DNA from: Xanthobacteraceae bacterium
GTDB lineage: Bacteria; Pseudomonadota; Alphaproteobacteria; Rhizobiales; Xanthobacteraceae
DNA length: 64,000 nucleotides
Assembly: GCA_022841625.1 (NCBI GenBank)
Contig: JALHRD010000013.1
Span: 24,577-88,576, forward strand
Reading direction: 5' to 3'
This document shows, one piece after another, positions 58,925-64,000 of the stretch. The first letter of the stretch is position 1; every line of letters begins with the position of its first letter. Both the position numbers and the translations under genes were made by a program. The notes beneath the pieces are model-generated. The model did not search any database. It had not been told where the DNA came from and saw only the letters and a program-made list of their open reading frames with translations.

Positions 58925-61900
58925 ATGCAGCATTCTGTCGGCACCGAAGAGGAACGTTCCGCGGCATTGCTGATTGCCGCGGCGGAGGCGCTCGTGACGG
59001 CGAAAAACCCCGCCATAACCAAAGACTTTGTCGAGCTTCTGTACGGCCACGCCGCACCGGAGGACCTGATTCGTTTCGAGGCCCGGGATATTGCCGCGCT
59101 CGCCGATGCCGCTTGGAGTTTCCTGGCGCAGCGCACCCCCGGCACGCCGAAATCGCGGATTACCGTGCCGCCGGCCGCCACTGGCGAAAGCCAGCACCAA
59201 ACGGCGGTGCTTGAAATCATCAACGACGACATGCCGTTCCTGCTCGATTCGGTGATGGGGGAACTGGCCGCGCAAGGCGTCGAGGTCCGGCTGGTCGCGC
59301 ATCCGGTGATCACGGTTCAGCGCGACAAATCGGGTCGGCTCACCGGCCTTCGCGCCGAGGGCGATACGGCCAAGGGGGCCATCCGCGAAAGCTTTATCCA
59401 CATCCACTGCGATGACCTCGGCGAAGCGAAAAAACGCGACGCTGTGGTTGCCGCGCTCGAATCGGTGCTCGCCGACGTGCGCCTCGGCGTCCAGGATTGG
59501 CGCGCCATGGCGGATCGCGTTGGCGAAATCACCGCCGCGCTTAAAAGCAATCCACCGCCGCTGCCGAAGGACGCGGTCGATGAGGCCATCGCGTTCCTGG
59601 AATGGCTGGCCGCCGACCATTTCACCTTCCTCGGAATGCGCAGCTATGCGTTCGCGGAAAAGGGCGATGGGTTTGAGCCGGAGCATGAAACCGGACTCGG
59701 CCTGTTGCGGTCGCCGGAGCGACGCGTATTGCGCACTGGGGCCCAGTTGGTCGTCGTTACGCCGGAAATCCGCGCCTTCCTGATGGAGCCAAAGCTCCTG
59801 ATCGTCACCAAGTCGGCGGTGCGCTCGCGCGTTCACCGGCGTGTGCATATGGATTACGTCGGGATCAAGCGCTTCGATGCCCGCGGCAAGCTCGTCGGCG
59901 AATTGCGGATCGTCGGACTGTTTACGTCCACGGTCTATACGCGGTCGGCGCGCTCCATCCCCTATCTGCGCCGCAAGATCGATGCGGTGATCGAGCGCGC
60001 CGGCTTTGAGCCGGGCAGCCATTCCGGCAAGGCGCTCGCTAATGTTCTCGATACCTATTCGCGCGACGAGCTGTTTCAGATCGACGAGGACACGCTGTTC
60101 CAATTCGCCAAGCTGATCCTCCAGCTTGACGAGCGCCCGCGCGTGCGGGTGCTCGCGCGCTACGATCGGTTTGACCGATTTGTCTCGGTCCTGGTCTACG
60201 TGCCGCGCGATCGCTACAACAGTTCGGTGCGGATCGCCATCGGCGACTATCTCGCCGAGGTCTATCAAGGCCGCATGAGCGCGTATTATCCGTTCTTCCC
60301 GGAAGGTCCGCTGGCGCGCGTCCATTTTATCATCGGCCGCGATAGCGGCGAATGTCCGCGGCCGGATCGTGCGACGCTCGAAGAAACCATCGGGGCGATC
60401 ATCCGGACCTGGACCGATGGGCTCGCCGATGCGCTGTCGCTGACCCATGATTCGGTCGCGGCGCGGGCGCTGTTGGAGCGCTATCGCGACGCCTTTTCGG
60501 AGGGCTACCGCGCGAGCTATTCGCCGCTGGTGGCGGTGGATGACATCAAGGTGATCGTCGGTTTATCGGCGGCGCGCCCTTTGAGCGCCGATTTCCACCC
60601 GCGCAGCGAAACCGCCGACGGCGGCATCGGCCTCAAGGTGTTCAGTCACGGCCGCCCAATTCCGCTGTCGGAACGTGTGCCGATCTTGGAAAACATGGGC
60701 TTCCGTGTGGTGGACGAGCAGACCCATCACATCGATTTCGATGCCGCGCCCGATGTCTGGCTGCACGACATGGTGTTGGAACGCACCGGCGCCGATATGG
60801 CCGATCTCATCGATGCCAAAGGTCGTCTGGAGGCTTGCTTCCTGGTGACCATGACCGGCGGCGCCGAAAATGACGGTTATAACGCGTTGGTGTTGTCGGC
60901 GGGGCTGGCTTGGCGTGATGTCGCGCTGATCCGCACGATCTCGCGCTTTCTACGCCAAATTCGCGTGCCGTATTCGCAAGACTATCTGTGGGACACCCTG
61001 GTGCGGCACGCGTCGCTCGCGGCGCAGGTTGCGCAGCTGTTTCATGCGCGGTTCGATCCGAGGCTCGACGCGGACTCACGTGCCAAGCGTCAGGGTGCGC
61101 TGCATGCTGCGATCGAGCAGGCGTTGGCGGCGGTTCAAAGCTTGGACGAGGATCGCATCCTGCGGCACTTCGTCAACGCGGTGCAGTCGGCGGTGCGCAC
61201 CAATTTCTATCAGCTTGATGCCGAGGGCCGGCCAAAGGCGCAGATCGCGATCAAGTTCGCCAGCCGCAAGCTTGATGGACTGCCGCTGCCGAAGCCGCTT
61301 TATGAAATTTTTGTCTACTCACCGCGGGTCGAGGGCGTGCATCTGCGCTTTGGCAAGGTTGCGCGTGGCGGCATTCGCTGGTCGGACCGGCCGCAGGATT
61401 TCAGGACCGAGGTTCTCGGCCTGGTAAAGGCACAGCAGGTCAAGAATGCGGTTATTGTGCCGGTCGGCGCCAAGGGTGGCTTCGTCCCGAAGCAACTGCC
61501 GAAGGGCGGGAGCCGCGAGCAGGTGCAGGCCGAAGGCACGGCCGCCTACAGGCTGTTCATTTCGACGCTGCTCGATGTCACCGACAACCTCGTCGATGCC
61601 GGCGTGGCGCCGCCTGACAATGTCGTGCGGCACGATGACGACGACCCATATCTGGTGGTTGCGGCCGATAAAGGCACCGCGACATTCTCCGATATCGCCA
61701 ATGGGATTGCGCAGGAGCGCGGCTTTTGGCTTGGCGACGCGTTTGCCTCCGGCGGTTCGGTCGGTTACGACCACAAGAAAATGGGCATCACCGCGCGCGG
61801 CGCCTGGGAATCGGTGAAGCGTCATTTCCGCGAGATGGACATCGATATCGGTGCGACACCGTTTACCGCGGTGGGCGTTGGCGACATGTCCGGTGACGTG

Positions 61901-63748
61901 TTTGGCAATGGCTTGCTGCGGGAAATGACCACCAAGCTGATCGCCGCGTTCGATCATCGCGATATCTTTATCGACCCCGATCCGGATCCGACGCGCAGCT
62001 TCGGCGAGCGCAAACGCCTGTTCGAGCTGCCGCGATCAAGCTGGCAGGACTATGACAAGGCGCTGATTTCGGCCGGCGGCGGCATCTATTCGCGCGCGCT
62101 CAAGGAGATCGCCCTGTCGGCGCAAGCGCAGGCGGCGATCGGGCTGGCCAAGGCCAAGGCGACGCCGCAGGAAGTGATGAATGCGATCCTGAAAGCCCCC
62201 GCCGACCTGCTGTTCTTCGGCGGTATCGGCACCTATGTGCGGGCCTCGACCGAAACCGACGATGCGGCGGGCGACCGCGCCAACGACGCCATCCGTGTGT
62301 CCGGCGCCGATCTGCGCTGCAAAGTCGTCGGCGAGGGCGCCAATCTCGGCATGACACAGCGTGGCCGGATCGAGGCCGCCATGCGCGGCGTGCGGCTTAA
62401 CACCGACGCCATCGACAATTCGGCCGGCGTCAACACCTCCGACATTGAGGTCAATATCAAGATCGCGCTGACGCTGCCGGTGCGAAACGGTCAACTAAAG
62501 GGCGCCGCGCGCAACGCACTGCTGGCCGAGATGACCGACGATGTGGCGGCTTTGGTGCTGCGAAATAATTACCTTCAGTCGCTGTCATTGTCGCTCGCCG
62601 AGCGGCAGGGGGTTGGCGATCTGGGGTTCCATCAGCGCTTGATGCAATCGCTTGAAGGCCGGCAATTGCTCGACCGTGCGGTCGAATTCCTGCCCGACGA
62701 CAAGGAACTCGACGAACGGCGGCGGCGGTCGGTGGGGCTTGCGCGGCCGGAACTGTCGGTGCTTTTGGCCTATGCCAAGCTAACGCTCAAGGACGCGTTG
62801 CTGGAATCCAACGTTCCCGACGATCCGTATCTGGCGCGCGAGCTTGGGCGGTATTTCCCCGGTCCGGTCGCCGAACGATTTCCGGACGCGCTTCCTCGTC
62901 ACCGGCTGAGCCGCGAAATCATCGCGACGCAACTCGCGAATTCGATCATCAACCGCGGCGGGCCGCAATTCGTGGTGCGGATTGAGGATCAGACCGGTTC
63001 ATCGGCGGCGGCGATCGCCACAGCGTTTGCAGCCGTGCGCGACAGTTACGGCATGACCGCGCTCAATACCGAGATCGATGGGTTGGACAACAGGGTCGCC
63101 GGCAACCTGCAGCTCGAACTCTATTCGTCCGTGCAGCGGTTGTTGCGCGACCGCGTGGTCTGGTTCCTGCGCAATGTCGATCTGACGCGCGGGCTGGCCG
63201 ACCTGGTCAAGCACTATCGCGAAGGGATCGCCGCGGTGGCATCGGCGCTCGACCGGGTTTTGACGCCCGAGGCATTGGCGGCGCGCGATACGCGCATTGC
63301 CGAGCTCACCACAGCGGGCGTGCCGAGCGATCTCGCCGGTCGGCTCGCGGGCCTGCCGACGCTCACCGCCGCGCCCGACATCGTGTCGGTTGCCGACCGC
63401 ACCGACAAGGCCATCGCCGATGTGGCAGCGACCTATTTCGCGTCCGAGGCGTTCTTTCGGCTCGATCGCATCACCCCGGCGGCGCGCGAGATCAAGGTCT
63501 CGGATTATTTCGACCGGTTGGCGCTTGATCGAGCGCTTGATGGAATTGGCGATGCCGAACGTCGGCTGGCCGCCGCAATGCTGGCGGGTGGCGCGGCCGG
63601 TTCCGCGGCGGTCGATGCCTGGGTCGCGACCCGCGCCGCGGATGTCCAGCGCATCCGTGCGGCGGTGCATGAGATCGCCAATTCTGGATTGACGCTGTCG
63701 AAACTGTCGGTTGCCGCAAGCCTGCTCGGCGATCTGGTCCGGCAATAA
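58925..63748 (+). CDS. gdhB: NAD-specific glutamate dehydrogenase, large (about 1600 aa) type
   Basis: The giant ORF has the catalytic core RFGKVARGGIRWSDR, VKNAVIVPVGAKGGF, VVAADKGTATFSD and EGANLGMTQ. The start was set at ATG 58925; the ORF-track start at 58841 adds an Arg/Gly-rich leader. Confidence 0.92.
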   Translation: MQHSVGTEEERSAALLIAAAEALVTAKNPAITKDFVELLYGHAAPEDLIRFEARDIAALADAAWSFLAQRTPGTPKSRITVPPAATGESQHQTAVLEIINDDMPFLLDSVMGELAAQGVEVRLVAHPVITVQRDKSGRLTGLRAEGDTAKGAIRESFIHIHCDDLGEAKKRDAVVAALESVLADVRLGVQDWRAMADRVGEITAALKSNPPPLPKDAVDEAIAFLEWLAADHFTFLGMRSYAFAEKGDGFEPEHETGLGLLRSPERRVLRTGAQLVVVTPEIRAFLMEPKLLIVTKSAVRSRVHRRVHMDYVGIKRFDARGKLVGELRIVGLFTSTVYTRSARSIPYLRRKIDAVIERAGFEPGSHSGKALANVLDTYSRDELFQIDEDTLFQFAKLILQLDERPRVRVLARYDRFDRFVSVLVYVPRDRYNSSVRIAIGDYLAEVYQGRMSAYYPFFPEGPLARVHFIIGRDSGECPRPDRATLEETIGAIIRTWTDGLADALSLTHDSVAARALLERYRDAFSEGYRASYSPLVAVDDIKVIVGLSAARPLSADFHPRSETADGGIGLKVFSHGRPIPLSERVPILENMGFRVVDEQTHHIDFDAAPDVWLHDMVLERTGADMADLIDAKGRLEACFLVTMTGGAENDGYNALVLSAGLAWRDVALIRTISRFLRQIRVPYSQDYLWDTLVRHASLAAQVAQLFHARFDPRLDADSRAKRQGALHAAIEQALAAVQSLDEDRILRHFVNAVQSAVRTNFYQLDAEGRPKAQIAIKFASRKLDGLPLPKPLYEIFVYSPRVEGVHLRFGKVARGGIRWSDRPQDFRTEVLGLVKAQQVKNAVIVPVGAKGGFVPKQLPKGGSREQVQAEGTAAYRLFISTLLDVTDNLVDAGVAPPDNVVRHDDDDPYLVVAADKGTATFSDIANGIAQERGFWLGDAFASGGSVGYDHKKMGITARGAWESVKRHFREMDIDIGATPFTAVGVGDMSGDVFGNGLLREMTTKLIAAFDHRDIFIDPDPDPTRSFGERKRLFELPRSSWQDYDKALISAGGGIYSRALKEIALSAQAQAAIGLAKAKATPQEVMNAILKAPADLLFFGGIGTYVRASTETDDAAGDRANDAIRVSGADLRCKVVGEGANLGMTQRGRIEAAMRGVRLNTDAIDNSAGVNTSDIEVNIKIALTLPVRNGQLKGAARNALLAEMTDDVAALVLRNNYLQSLSLSLAERQGVGDLGFHQRLMQSLEGRQLLDRAVEFLPDDKELDERRRRSVGLARPELSVLLAYAKLTLKDALLESNVPDDPYLARELGRYFPGPVAERFPDALPRHRLSREIIATQLANSIINRGGPQFVVRIEDQTGSSAAAIATAFAAVRDSYGMTALNTEIDGLDNRVAGNLQLELYSSVQRLLRDRVVWFLRNVDLTRGLADLVKHYREGIAAVASALDRVLTPEALAARDTRIAELTTAGVPSDLAGRLAGLPTLTAAPDIVSVADRTDKAIADVAATYFASEAFFRLDRITPAAREIKVSDYFDRLALDRALDGIGDAERRLAAAMLAGGAAGSAAVDAWVATRAADVQRIRAAVHEIANSGLTLSKLSVAASLLGDLVRQ

Positions 63749-63755
63749 GTCGTTT

Positions 63756-64000
63756 CTAATGCCGGAAATGCCGCGTGCCGGTGAACACCATGGCAATGCC
63801 ATGGTCGTCGGCGGCTCTGATGACTTCGTTGTCGCGCATCGAGCCGCCGGGTTGAATGACGGCGGTGGCGCCGGCTTCGATCGTCACCAGGAGCCCATCC
63901 GCAAAGGGAAAGAACGCGTCGGAGGCGACGACCGATCCTTTGGTCAGCGGTTCCTTGAGGCCCGCTTCCTTGGCGGCATCCTCGGCCTTGCGGGCGGCGA
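63756..64000 (-). CDS. purH: Bifunctional purine biosynthesis protein PurH. Only the 3' end is present; the ORF enters from the right edge.
   Basis: Own minus-strand translation gives ...[55 protein letters not shown] then a stop (complement of cta at 63756-63758). This is the classic PurH C-terminus. Confidence 0.88.
   Translation of the reverse strand, partial: AARKAEDAAKEAGLKEPLTKGSVVASDAFFPFADGLLVTIEAGATAVIQPGGSMRDNEVIRAADDHGIAMVFTGTRHFRH

Noticed and set aside
58724-60448. 574-aa ORF on the minus strand opposite the 5' part of the glutamate dehydrogenase gene
   Set aside because: It is Arg/Gly/Asp-rich with no motifs, and it lies exactly antisense to a frame with textbook large NAD-GDH motifs. 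Long antisense ORFs are expected in GC-rich genes. I recall that translations of this antisense frame have even been deposited as a protein family, which is a known annotation trap.

Overview
High-GC alphaproteobacterial chromosome segment. Gene content, synteny and a characteristic palindromic intergenic repeat point to a Hyphomicrobiales, Nitrobacteraceae/Bradyrhizobiaceae-like genome. The backbone is housekeeping. It holds the partition/tRNA-modification block mnmE-mnmG-rsmG-parA-parB with three parS sites, then holA and leuS, an ECF-like sigma/anti-sigma pair behind a diguanylate cyclase, yggS, an OmpR-type regulator, xthA, lolA-like, ftsK and an aminotransferase. It continues with two non-identical glnK-amtB operons separated by an RTX-repeat gene, tesB, a ubiH-like hydroxylase, GST, trm112-like, infA, a DEAD-box helicase, a LonN-domain protein, a thioredoxin-TPR protein, proX-like and tRNA-Gly(GCC). 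The right end holds an FAD monooxygenase, a TctC-type binding protein, two tandem EamA transporters, ggt, the giant NAD-glutamate dehydrogenase and the 3' end of purH. Five things are worth a second look. (1) A 126-bp nested-palindrome repeat sits in frame inside the essential leuS gene. (2) The leuS-holA spacer has no lptE and instead holds inverted arrays of 7-nt tandem repeats. (3) A roughly 7-kb lower-GC island between tesB and the ubiH-like gene packs five SAM methyltransferases, a GT17-like and a DUF616-like glycosyltransferase and two decayed glycosyltransferase genes, with no export or polymerase genes. (4) One sigma factor appears to carry duplicated sigma-2 and sigma-4 modules. (5) An accessory patch lies between parB and holA: a translationally coupled TPR/unknown gene pair, a ParE-like remnant and a frameshifted membrane ORF. 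No rRNA, CRISPR array, transposase or integrase was recognised. All family assignments come from reading motifs by eye and were not checked against any database.
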